The position numbers were made by a program, and so were the translations under genes. From an uncultured bacterium (GTDB lineage: Bacteria; Verrucomicrobiota; Kiritimatiellia; RFP12; UBA1067): a stretch of 64,000 bases of DNA. This document shows, one piece after another, positions 8,288 through 16,877 of this stretch. Location: positions 9,592 through 73,591 of the forward strand of contig CADAKF010000001.1 of NCBI GenBank assembly GCA_902788415.1. Reading direction: 5' to 3'. The notes beneath the pieces were generated by a model. That model searched no databases and was not told the DNA's origin. It saw nothing but the letters and a program-made list of their open reading frames with translations. The number at the start of each line of letters is the position of its first letter. Positions within the stretch are counted from its first letter, which is position 1.

Positions 8288-9925
8288 TCACTTCTTCGTG
8301 AAATACGGCAGGCGCGAGAGCGGCGTCTCGACCTCGACCGTCTTCGGCCCCGTCACCACGCTGCCGTCGTCCGCCGTCCAGGTGCCGGACGGAATGAAGA
8401 CGGTGCGCGTCTTCGCGCCCTTCACGACCTGTGGCGCGACGAGCAGCTTCGAGCCGAGCATGAACTGGTCGGTCAGCCTCTCCGCGCCCTCGCCCGGGAA
8501 CTCGTACTCCATCGCCCGAAGCATCGGCTCGCCCGACTTCGCGGAGTCCTTCGCGACGGAAAGGATGTAGTCCGCGAACTTCATGCGCGTCCACGCCGCG
8601 GCGCGGACCGCCTCCAGGTGCTCGCCCTTCAGCATACGCCAGGGCGCGGCGGAAAACTGCATCATCGGCGCGAGCGCATGCGCCTGGGCGCTGCGGACGA
8701 AGAGCTCGGGGTCGAACGGCATCGGCGCATCGGGCATGAACGCCATCCAGCTGCCGCCGCCGATCATGTCGGGGCAGACGAACGAGTGCCCCATCAACCC
8801 GCAGTTGATCATGTCGGGGACGAGCTGCTGCACGGCCGCCCAGTTGTGGCCCTTGTCGCAGAGCCGCTGCACGAGGGGCTGTCCGCCCATCTTGAAGCAC
8901 GCGCGGTACTCGTTCAACGGAAACTCAAGCCCAATCTTCGCATACGCCTCGCAGAGCTCGCTCGGCGAGGCCGCCCGGTACGTCACGTAAGGCGGCTGAA
9001 ACTCGTCGATGTCGCCGGCGTCCAGCTTGAAGCCGTCCACACCGAAGTCGTCCTGCAGGCGCTTCAGCTCGCGAGCGAACCACGCCGCCCCGAGCGGATG
9101 CGTGAGGTCGAGGATCGCGCTCACGCCGTTCCACCAGGCCGTCGGCTTGGCGAAGCCCTGGCCGTACACCGTCTTCTCCTTGCACATCACGAGGCCGCCC
9201 TTCTCACAGTGCCGGCCGGCGTCGCGCGTGCCGAAGACCATCTCGCGGTAGCCAGGCGAGTCCATCGACACGAACGGACACACCCACAGCATCACCTTGT
9301 AGCCGAGCGAGTGGAGTTCGTCGCACATCGCCTTCGGATCGGAGAACCGCCGCGGATCGAACTGCCAGATGCCGTAGCCGTACTGCCAGGTGTCGTCGAT
9401 CATGATGACGCCGCCCTCGGGGAACCCGTTCGCCTTGATCGCCTTCGCGTAGGCGAGGATGTCCCCCTGGTTCTGATTGTAGGTGAGCTCGATCCAGGTG
9501 TTCCACTGGGGCTTGGCGACAAGCGCGAGGTCGGGCACCTTGCCGCTCGCCGGGAAGTGCTTCTTCGCCGCGGCGAGAAAGGCCGTCCGCAGGTCCTTGC
9601 CCTCAGTCGCAAGAACGATCGGCGCATCGCCCGTAAAGGTCAGGACGCCGTCCGCGAGCGTGCAGGCGAACGCCTTGTCGCTCCAGACCGAACGGCCCTT
9701 CGTGGACACGAGGAGCGGCACCGCCTGGTTCTCGTAGTTCATCTTGCGGATGTCGAAGTCGACCGCACTGGTCTTGAGCCCGTACGGCGCCTTCGTGCCG
9801 TAGACCGTCGCGCCGCCCCACCAGCCTTCGCCCGGCAACACCTTGACCTTTAGTTCCTCGGCTCCCGCCGCCAGCGCCGTCGCCAGCGCAACCGCCGTCA
9901 CAACCCTCATCATTCGCGTCTTCAT
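8288..9925 (-). CDS. Secreted glycoside hydrolase, probably GH31-like (YihQ/alpha-glucosidase fold)
   Basis: Signal peptide MKTRMMRVVTAVALATALAAGA; IMIDDTWQ and FGVDGFKLDAGD resemble GH31 catalytic regions. Confidence 0.5.
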   Translation of the reverse strand: MKTRMMRVVTAVALATALAAGAEELKVKVLPGEGWWGGATVYGTKAPYGLKTSAVDFDIRKMNYENQAVPLLVSTKGRSVWSDKAFACTLADGVLTFTGDAPIVLATEGKDLRTAFLAAAKKHFPASGKVPDLALVAKPQWNTWIELTYNQNQGDILAYAKAIKANGFPEGGVIMIDDTWQYGYGIWQFDPRRFSDPKAMCDELHSLGYKVMLWVCPFVSMDSPGYREMVFGTRDAGRHCEKGGLVMCKEKTVYGQGFAKPTAWWNGVSAILDLTHPLGAAWFARELKRLQDDFGVDGFKLDAGDIDEFQPPYVTYRAASPSELCEAYAKIGLEFPLNEYRACFKMGGQPLVQRLCDKGHNWAAVQQLVPDMINCGLMGHSFVCPDMIGGGSWMAFMPDAPMPFDPELFVRSAQAHALAPMMQFSAAPWRMLKGEHLEAVRAAAWTRMKFADYILSVAKDSAKSGEPMLRAMEYEFPGEGAERLTDQFMLGSKLLVAPQVVKGAKTRTVFIPSGTWTADDGSVVTGPKTVEVETPLSRLPYFTKK

Positions 9926-9952
9926 GCGCTCGATCTTATGCTTTCGTCAAAC

Positions 9953-10029
9953 TGGTGGGACCGGGGAGAATCGAACTCCCAACCTCAAGTTTAGGAAACT
10001 CGCGCTCTGTCCAGTTGAGCTACGATCCC
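9953..10029 (-). tRNA. tRNA-Arg (anticodon CCT)
   Basis: Hand-folded cloverleaf: acceptor GGGATCG/CGGTCCC, D-arm GCTC-AACTGGACA-GAGC, anticodon stem CGAGT/ACTTG with loop TTCCTAA, T-arm GGGAG-TTCGATT-CTCCC, encoded CCA. Confidence 0.85.
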
Positions 10030-10037
10030 AGTTAAAT

Positions 10038-12542
10038 TCATTTCTTCGCCTTCACGCCGAGGTCGCTCAGCTTCATCGAGATGACGCGCGAAACGCCCTT
10101 CTCCTGCTGGCTGACACCATACACGAGGTCGCTGCCGGCGATCGTGTGCTGGTTGTGCGTGATGATCAGGAACTGGCTCTGCCGGAGGAACTCCTTGAGC
10201 TGCTCGACGAAGCGGCCGATGTTGGCGTCGTCGAGCGCAGCGTCAAGCTCGTCCAGCATGCAGAACGGCGCCGGCTTGATCATGAAGATCGAGAAGAGGA
10301 GCGCCACAGCGGTCATCGTGCGCTCGCCGCCCGAGAGAAGTGTCACCGACTGCGGACGCTTGCCCGGAGGACGCGCGATGATGTCGATGCCGCATTCAAG
10401 CGGATCCTCCTCGTTCTCCAGGAGGACGAGACGCGCCTCGCCGCCGCCAAAGAGCCGCGTGAACATCGTCTGAAAGTTCTTGTTCGCCTGCTCGAACGTC
10501 CTGTGAAACATGTTGCCCGACGTGTCGTTCAGATTGCCGATCAGTTCCAGGAGCTGCGCCTTCGCAGCAAGAAGGTCCTCCTCCTGTGCCTTCTCCCTCG
10601 CGTAGCGTTCCTCGAGCTCGCGGCACTCGTCGATCGCGACCATATTCACCGGACCGAGCGCGGCGATCTCCGCCTGCAGCCGGCCGACAGTCCCCTCAAG
10701 CTCCTCCATCGGCGGAACAACACCCTTCTTCCACTCCGGATCGGGCTCGCGCATGACCGCGTCGGCGAAAAGGCCGTACTCGTCCTGCAGGTGCTCGTAG
10801 ACGTTCTGGCGGCGCATCGTCGCCTCGGCGGCCTGCACCTCGAGTTTGCCGCGGAAGTCTTTCGCCTGGTCGAGCTCGGCACGGCGGCCGGCGACCTCCT
10901 GGTCTGCCGCCGCGATGCGCTCGAGCATCTCCGCGCGCTTGCCGCGCTCGGCGTTGATCTCGTCAACGAAACTCGCCGCCTTCGCCTTCAGCTCGTCGAG
11001 CTGTGCAAACAGGTCGCCGGACTCCTCGGTCAGGCGGGCAATCGACTCTTCGTAGCCGCGAATACCCTCTTCGCGCGCAGCGACCGTGCGCTCCAGCTCC
11101 TCGCGGCGGTTCTTCGCGACCTCGTTCTGCTGCCCGACGAACGAAAGCTCCTGCTCCATCTGGCTCACGGCGATGCGCTGCTCGGTAAGCTTCTGGGACG
11201 CCGGAATGTTCTTGAGCTCAACGGCGCGAAGCTCGTCCTCCGCCGCTGTCACGACCGCGAGAAGGTCTTCGCGCTTCATCATCGTCGTCACGGTCGTCCC
11301 GGCCTTCCAGGTTTCGACCGCATCGTTGCGGCTGACCTGCGCGTCATTGACGAGCGTGCCCGTGCGCGTCGTGTCCGCCACCTCGCGGCGCCGCGCGGCG
11401 ACCGCTTCGCGGCGGGCGTCGATCTCCTTCTGAAGCGAATCAAACTCCTCTTCGGCCGCGGCAAGCGACTCCTTCGCGGCAGCCAGCGAGTCGGTCAGGA
11501 GCTGCGTCTTCTGCTCCAGCGACTCGGCCTGCATCTTCACCTCTTCGAGCGCCTGCTTCGAACCGGCGATCTCGGCCGTATCGCGCGCGACATAGCCCTT
11601 GTATTCCTCGACGCGCTGGGCGTTGACGCCGATCACCTCGTTCGCACGGCTGTAGGCGCCTTCGGCGGCCGCCTGCTGCGAGGCGAGCGTCTGGAGGCCC
11701 TCCTCAAGCGCGTGGATTTGCTGATGAAGCTCCTGTGCGGACTGCTCGGCCGCCGTCACAACTTCGGTCGCCTCGGCAATCGCCTTGTCAATCTCGTTGC
11801 GGTTCGTCGCGTTCTGCTCGAGCTCCTGATCGTAGCCGTGAATCTTCTGCTTGGAGACATAGATGTCGAGGCCCTTGAGCTGGTCGCGCAGCTCCTTGTA
11901 CTTCTGCGCCTTGCCGACCTGCCGCTGTAGCGAGCCGATCTGCCGCTTCATCTCGCGGAGAACATCCGCCTCCCGGAGAAGGTTCTGCTCGGTCTGCTCG
12001 ATCTTGCGGAGAGCCTCCTTGCGGTCAGACTTGAACTTGGTGATGCCGGCCGCCTCCTCGAACACGGCGCGGCGGTCTTCGGGCTTCGACGAAAGAATCG
12101 CGTCGATCTGGCCCTGCGCCATCACCGAATAGGACGACGTGCCGATGCCCGTGCCCATGAAGAGGTGCTGGACGTCCTTCAGGCGGCACGCCTGCTTGTT
12201 GATGAAATACTCGCCCGAGCCGTCGCGGTAGACGCGGCGGGTGATCGTCACCTCGTGATAGTCGGTGCCGAGCTCCTTCTCGCAGTCGGCGAAGGTGATC
12301 GAGACCTCCGCGAGGCCGAGGGGCTTGCGGGTGTCGGTGCCGTTGAAGACGACGTCGACAAGCTTGGAGCACCGCAGGGCCGTCGGCTTCTGCTCGCCGA
12401 GGACCCAGCGGATTGCATCGGAAACGTTGGACTTACCGCAGCCGTTCGGCCCGACAATGGCGATGAGACCCGGCTCGAACGTGAGTCGGGTCTTGTCGGC
12501 AAAGCTCTTGAAGCCGATGATATCGAGCTGCTTGAGGTACAT
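10038..12542 (-). CDS. smc: SMC-family chromosome segregation ATPase, unusually short (834 aa) with no recognisable hinge
   Basis: N-terminal Walker A GPNGCGKSN; C-terminal LSGGERTMTAVALLFSIFMIKPAPFCMLDELDAALD signature/Walker B; the central region is continuous coiled-coil-like sequence without a Gly-rich hinge. Confidence 0.75.
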   Translation of the reverse strand: MYLKQLDIIGFKSFADKTRLTFEPGLIAIVGPNGCGKSNVSDAIRWVLGEQKPTALRCSKLVDVVFNGTDTRKPLGLAEVSITFADCEKELGTDYHEVTITRRVYRDGSGEYFINKQACRLKDVQHLFMGTGIGTSSYSVMAQGQIDAILSSKPEDRRAVFEEAAGITKFKSDRKEALRKIEQTEQNLLREADVLREMKRQIGSLQRQVGKAQKYKELRDQLKGLDIYVSKQKIHGYDQELEQNATNRNEIDKAIAEATEVVTAAEQSAQELHQQIHALEEGLQTLASQQAAAEGAYSRANEVIGVNAQRVEEYKGYVARDTAEIAGSKQALEEVKMQAESLEQKTQLLTDSLAAAKESLAAAEEEFDSLQKEIDARREAVAARRREVADTTRTGTLVNDAQVSRNDAVETWKAGTTVTTMMKREDLLAVVTAAEDELRAVELKNIPASQKLTEQRIAVSQMEQELSFVGQQNEVAKNRREELERTVAAREEGIRGYEESIARLTEESGDLFAQLDELKAKAASFVDEINAERGKRAEMLERIAAADQEVAGRRAELDQAKDFRGKLEVQAAEATMRRQNVYEHLQDEYGLFADAVMREPDPEWKKGVVPPMEELEGTVGRLQAEIAALGPVNMVAIDECRELEERYAREKAQEEDLLAAKAQLLELIGNLNDTSGNMFHRTFEQANKNFQTMFTRLFGGGEARLVLLENEEDPLECGIDIIARPPGKRPQSVTLLSGGERTMTAVALLFSIFMIKPAPFCMLDELDAALDDANIGRFVEQLKEFLRQSQFLIITHNQHTIAGSDLVYGVSQQEKGVSRVISMKLSDLGVKAKK

Positions 12543-13306
12543 CAGCCCTCGGCTTCGAGTGCGGCGTCGACCTCGTCGGTCGTCTCCATGTTCGTGTAGA
12601 CGTCCTGCGTGTCTTCGAGGTCCTCGAGCATGTCGACGAGCTTGTTGACAGCCTTCGCGACCACCACGTCGGACACGGGGCTCGTCATGTTCGGGACGAG
12701 GCCGATGTTCGAGTTCTCCTCGTCGATCGCAATGCCCGCCGCCTTGATGGCGTCAGAAACCGCCACGAAATCGTTCGGCTGGCACTTCACGGTGAATCCG
12801 CCGTCCTCGCTGACGACGTCCTCCGCGCCCGCCTCGAGGGCGACTTCCATCACCTTGTCCTCAGAAAGACCGTCCGCCGCCGGAATCATGACCTGGCCGA
12901 GCTTGTCGAAGAGACGCGACGCGCTGCCCGGCTTCGCGAGCTCGACACCGTTCTTCTTGAAGACGTTCGAGACCTCGGCCGCCGCACGGTTCTTGTTGTC
13001 CGTAAGGACGCGCACGACGATCGCGACGGAACCCTTGATCGCCTCGTACTGCGCGTCGACCATTTCGGCCGACTCGAGCTCGCCCGTGCCCTTCTTGATG
13101 GCACGCTCGATGTTGTCGTTCGGCATCTGCGCCGCCTTCGCCTTGGCGATGAGCGTGCGGAGCGTCGGGTTGTTGTCGGGATCACCACCCTTCGCCTTCA
13201 CGACAATGGTGATTTCCTTGCCGAGTTTCGAGAAGATCTTTCCCTTCTTCGCATCCGCCGCGCCTTTCGCGCGCTTGATTGTCGCCCAGTGGCTGTGACC
13301 TGACAT
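12542..13306 (-). CDS. yebC: YebC/PmpR family DNA-binding regulator
   Basis: MSGHSHWATIKRAKGAADAKKGKIFSKLGKEI... is the canonical YebC N-terminus. Confidence 0.9.
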   Translation of the reverse strand: MSGHSHWATIKRAKGAADAKKGKIFSKLGKEITIVVKAKGGDPDNNPTLRTLIAKAKAAQMPNDNIERAIKKGTGELESAEMVDAQYEAIKGSVAIVVRVLTDNKNRAAAEVSNVFKKNGVELAKPGSASRLFDKLGQVMIPAADGLSEDKVMEVALEAGAEDVVSEDGGFTVKCQPNDFVAVSDAIKAAGIAIDEENSNIGLVPNMTSPVSDVVVAKAVNKLVDMLEDLEDTQDVYTNMETTDEVDAALEAEG

Positions 13307-13348
13307 GTGTGCTCCTTAGTTGGTAGTTGGTAGATGGTCGTTGATAGA

Positions 13349-13576
13349 TTAGATCTTGTGGCGGTAGGTGATGCGGCCCTTGCCGAGATCATACGGGGAG
13401 ATTTCGACCGTGACCTTGTCGCCGATCGCAATCTTGATGAAGAACTTCCTCATTTTGCCGGAGATGTGCGCCAGCACCTCGTGCCCGTTCTCGAGCTGCA
13501 CCTTGTACATGGTCGCCGGCAGAACCTTCGTGACGGTTCCCGTGACCTCAATCGCCTGATCTTCTTCTTTTGCCAT
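13349..13576 (-). CDS. infA: Translation initiation factor IF-1
   Basis: [44 protein letters not shown]...; 75 aa S1-like fold. Confidence 0.95.
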   Translation of the reverse strand: MAKEEDQAIEVTGTVTKVLPATMYKVQLENGHEVLAHISGKMRKFFIKIAIGDKVTVEISPYDLGKGRITYRHKI

Positions 13577-13592
13577 AATTAGGAATATTGTA

Positions 13593-14354
13593 TCATTTTA
13601 AGCCGCCCGTGGCAACCAGGACACTGACGGCGAAAAGAGCCGCCGTTTCCGCCCTCAGGACCGTCGGGCCAAACGAAGTCGGAACCGCGATCTCAAGAAG
13701 CGCCGCCAACTCGGCCGGCGTGAAATCCCCCTCGGGACCGATGAAGACCGAAAAATTCCGCTGTTCACCTTTACCTCTCACCTTCACCTGTGACGCCACG
13801 GCCTCGGCCAACGGTCGAGCCGGCGGCGTCACCAGCGCGCCGACGAAACAGGTCGTCTCCTTCACCATTTCCAACGCATCCCTGAAGTTGACCGCCTCGA
13901 CGATCTCCGGCAGCCACTTTGCGTCCGACTGCCGCGCCGCGTCCTCGGCAATACGCATCCAGCGCTCGCGCTTCGCCGCGCGCTCCGCCTTGGGAATGCG
14001 GACAATCGTCCGGTCGCTGATGACGGGGACGATGCGCGTGACGCCGAGCTCCGTCGCCTTCTCGACCGTCCAGTCCCAGCGCGACCCCTTCGTCACGCAG
14101 GCGAAGAGGGTCAAGGTTTGAGAGGTTTGAGAGGACTGAAAGGCTTGAGAGGTCGCCAAGAGGGGAGAAGCGGATTCCTTTCCGCTCGCAAGCGAAGCGC
14201 AAAACCTATAAACTCTCCACTTCCCCTTCCCGTCGAAGAGCTCGATCTCCTCGTCGTCTTTGGGACGAAGAACCTTCAGATGCCGCGCCGCGTCCGCCGG
14301 CAGAACCGGCGACGTCTCCTCCAACACATGCGTCTCGACTAAAAGTCTATGCAC
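13593..14354 (-). CDS. rsmE: 16S rRNA (uracil1498-N3)-methyltransferase RsmE, carrying in-frame repeat insertions
   Basis: Conserved PUA N-terminus and C-terminal [16 protein letters not shown]...[10 protein letters not shown]; insertions [14 protein letters not shown]...SQTSQT and [10 protein letters not shown] are encoded by repeat DNA. Confidence 0.8.
   Translation of the reverse strand: MHRLLVETHVLEETSPVLPADAARHLKVLRPKDDEEIELFDGKGKWRVYRFCASLASGKESASPLLATSQAFQSSQTSQTLTLFACVTKGSRWDWTVEKATELGVTRIVPVISDRTIVRIPKAERAAKRERWMRIAEDAARQSDAKWLPEIVEAVNFRDALEMVKETTCFVGALVTPPARPLAEAVASQVKVRGKGEQRNFSVFIGPEGDFTPAELAALLEIAVPTSFGPTVLRAETAALFAVSVLVATGGLK
14164..14205 (-). repeat. Palindromic mini-element (family C) copy 1, in-frame in rsmE
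   Basis: GGAGAAGCGGATTCCTTTCCGCTCGCAAGCGAAGCGCAAAACC; near-identical copies at 22141-22183 and 57336-57362. Confidence 0.8.
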
Positions 14355-14374
14355 CTTCTCCCCCTCTCACCTTC

Positions 14375-15451
14375 TCACCCTCTCACCTTCTCCTCCCCGC
14401 CGTGGTAGACGACGGCGCTGATAAAAGCCGTGAACGGGGCGACGAGAACGAGTCCGAAGCTGCCGACGAGCGTCTTGACGACCTCCGCCGAGACAAGCGT
14501 CGAGTTGATGAAGTCAAGCGGCGCGGTTCCCTGGGCGGCGAAGACCATGAGAAGCGTCAGGTAGCCGCCGGAATAGGCGAGGAGCAGCGTCGTTGTCATC
14601 GTCCCCACGACCGAGCGCCCGACGCGAAGACCGGACAGGAGCAGCTCCCGCCGCGAAAGCCCCGGATTGTGCCGCGCGACCTCCGCGGTTGCGGAGGCGA
14701 TGTCCATCGCCAGATCCATCACCGCACCGGACGACGCCAGGATGACCGCGCCCGTGAAGACGTCCGCAAGGTCGAGATCGACGTAGCCAGAGTAGAGCAG
14801 CGTCTGCACAAACGGCATCGTCGCGCCGTTCACGTGCATCACCGCCGCAAAGAACTCCGCAAGCCCCAGCGACACGACCACGCCGAGCATCGCCCCGAGA
14901 AATGCCGAAATCCCCTTCTTCGTCCGCCCGGCGACGAGGTACATGATGACGGCCGTGAGCACCGAGACGACGGCGAACGACGTCCACCCCGCGGGCCATC
15001 CGGAGAGGCAGAGCGGAATGAGCAGCTTCCACACCGCGAAGCAGCTGAACACGAAGCTGAAGAGCGCCTTCGCGCCCGTCCAACCCCCGAAGGCAACGAG
15101 CAGGAGGGCAAACCCGCCGAACAGAACCGTCATCCAGCCGAGCCGCCAGTGATCGCGGGCGATCAGCGGATCAGGACCGAGAATGACGAGCGCCGTATCG
15201 CCGACGGCGAACTTCTTGTCAAGCTCCAGCTGTGCGCGGATTTCGTTGTGCGCGTCATGGACGCTCCCGTCCGGCAGCCGCACCTTCAGCTTCTGCGTCC
15301 CGAACTCAACGAGGCCGTGGACCTGCAGCCCGGAATCGTCGACCTCGACGACCTCCGCACGGGACGTCTCTCCGCCCTCGTTCGCCAACTTGCGCGGACC
15401 GGGCAGGAACCACATCCCCGCGCACGCCGCCGCCAGCACAATTATCGAAAC
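14375..15451 (-). CDS. YibE/F-family polytopic membrane protein (start uncertain)
   Basis: Multiple TM helices with a Gly-rich YibE/F-like pattern; the C-terminal tail GGEEKVRG is encoded by the 8-nt tandem repeat CTCACCTT; start chosen downstream of the phoA stop. Confidence 0.5.
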   Translation of the reverse strand, partial: VSIIVLAAACAGMWFLPGPRKLANEGGETSRAEVVEVDDSGLQVHGLVEFGTQKLKVRLPDGSVHDAHNEIRAQLELDKKFAVGDTALVILGPDPLIARDHWRLGWMTVLFGGFALLLVAFGGWTGAKALFSFVFSCFAVWKLLIPLCLSGWPAGWTSFAVVSVLTAVIMYLVAGRTKKGISAFLGAMLGVVVSLGLAEFFAAVMHVNGATMPFVQTLLYSGYVDLDLADVFTGAVILASSGAVMDLAMDIASATAEVARHNPGLSRRELLLSGLRVGRSVVGTMTTTLLLAYSGGYLTLLMVFAAQGTAPLDFINSTLVSAEVVKTLVGSFGLVLVAPFTAFISAVVYHGGEEKVRG

Positions 15452-15474
15452 ACCCCTTCTCAATCCCTGATCCC

Positions 15475-16866
15475 TTACCTCACCAGCTCCTTCATGATCT
15501 TCGAGATGTCGGTGTTGTCGAGGAAGCCCGTGAACCGCTCCGCACCTGGGCCGCTGGCTGTCGTCAGCACCGGAAGCGCGGTATGTGCACCGGACGTCCA
15601 GCCGATACCGCATTTGTGGGAGAAGATGTTCTTGACCGCCGTCGGCAAACGCGAGATCTTATTCGCATCATACGTCTCGTCGTCTTTCTTCCCCTCCTTC
15701 GCCATCTTGAGGTCGTGGGCAAAGGCCTCCTCAAGTTCCTTGAGCTCCTCCGAGGTGATCCACATGGGGTTCTTCTTGTCCTTGCCTGTGAAGTCGAAGC
15801 CGAAGTTCTCGGCAAGGAACGACTTCAGGTCGTCAAACGTCGCGGGATGGTTCTTGCCGATGTATTCGCCAATGCAGTCGGACGAACACTTCTGGTTTGC
15901 GAGGCGGTCCATGTAGAACGCATAGCCCGTTCCGGCAAAACCCATCGCCATGCCGCCCGTCTCGTGATCGCCCGTCGTGACGATCAGCGTGTCCGGATGC
16001 GTCTTCTGGTACTCGACCGCCGCGCGCACGGCGTCATCGAGCGCCAGCACCTCGCGAAGGTTCGTCGCCGCGTCATTGGCGTGTCCGGCCCAATCGACCT
16101 TGCCACCCTCGACCATCAGGAAGAAGCCCTTGTCGTTTTCAAGGAGCTCGATGCCCTTCACCGTAAGTTCGGCAAGCGTCGGCACCCCCTTCCACTGCCC
16201 GGCGTCGATCGCAAACGGCAGCGATCCTTCGCACGCCACGTACCAGGCCTTCCCGGCGCCCGGCTTCAGCGCCCTGAACGCCGCAATGTCCTCCTTGACG
16301 AACGTGTAGCCCGCGCCCTTCGCCAGCGCATAGATGTCGCCCTTGTATTCGGCATTCTTCTTGTCGTCATGCCCGTCCAGTCCGCCGCCGGCAAAGTAGT
16401 CGAAGCCGGACGCCAGCAGATCGAGCCCGAGGCCATAGCCCTCGCCGCGGCTCTTGCGGTGGCCGTAGAAGCCGGCCGGCGTCGCGTGATTGATCGTCAC
16501 GGACGTCACGATGCCGACTTTGCGCCCGGACTCCTTCGCCGCCACGGCGGAGGAGTAGATGCGGTTCGTCCCCGCATTGACGCCGATCGCGCCGTTGTAG
16601 GTCTTCTCGCCGCAGGCGATCGCAGTCGCCGCGGCGGCAGAATCCGTGACGAGCGAGCTCGCCGAGCACGTGCGGGTCGTCGCCTGGAACGGCAGTCGGT
16701 TCATGACCAGCTCGGGACGCCCCATCTTGCGGGCGAACTCGTCCGCCGTCATCCGCTGCGGCGTGGACATCCCGTCCCCGATAAAGAGAATAATATTCTT
16801 CGGCGCCGCGGCAGATGCCGCCAGCGTCGTCCCGAGCATCACCCCAAACAAGACACCTCTGACCAT
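15475..16866 (-). CDS. phoA: Alkaline phosphatase (PhoA family), secreted
   Basis: Start MVRGVLFGVMLGTTLAASAAAP preceded by GGGAGG; IILFIGDGMS and DSAAAATA active-site region; TGDHETGG metal ligands. Confidence 0.85.
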   Translation of the reverse strand: MVRGVLFGVMLGTTLAASAAAPKNIILFIGDGMSTPQRMTADEFARKMGRPELVMNRLPFQATTRTCSASSLVTDSAAAATAIACGEKTYNGAIGVNAGTNRIYSSAVAAKESGRKVGIVTSVTINHATPAGFYGHRKSRGEGYGLGLDLLASGFDYFAGGGLDGHDDKKNAEYKGDIYALAKGAGYTFVKEDIAAFRALKPGAGKAWYVACEGSLPFAIDAGQWKGVPTLAELTVKGIELLENDKGFFLMVEGGKVDWAGHANDAATNLREVLALDDAVRAAVEYQKTHPDTLIVTTGDHETGGMAMGFAGTGYAFYMDRLANQKCSSDCIGEYIGKNHPATFDDLKSFLAENFGFDFTGKDKKNPMWITSEELKELEEAFAHDLKMAKEGKKDDETYDANKISRLPTAVKNIFSHKCGIGWTSGAHTALPVLTTASGPGAERFTGFLDNTDISKIMKELVR

Positions 16867-16877
16867 TTGAACCTCCC

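Noticed and set aside
9843-11930. Long plus-strand ORFs (e.g. 9843..11930, 15232..17214, 16911..18128, 18854..20536, 41243..44323, 44445..46193, 52265..54751, 56505..57488, 57284..58921)
   Set aside because: Each is antisense to a minus-strand gene with strong family-level homology (smc, phoA, MTTase, aspS, ileS, ABC permease/pilB, lpxL/hisD, dapB, miaB); their Arg/Leu/Asp-rich low-complexity products are typical spurious high-GC reverse frames
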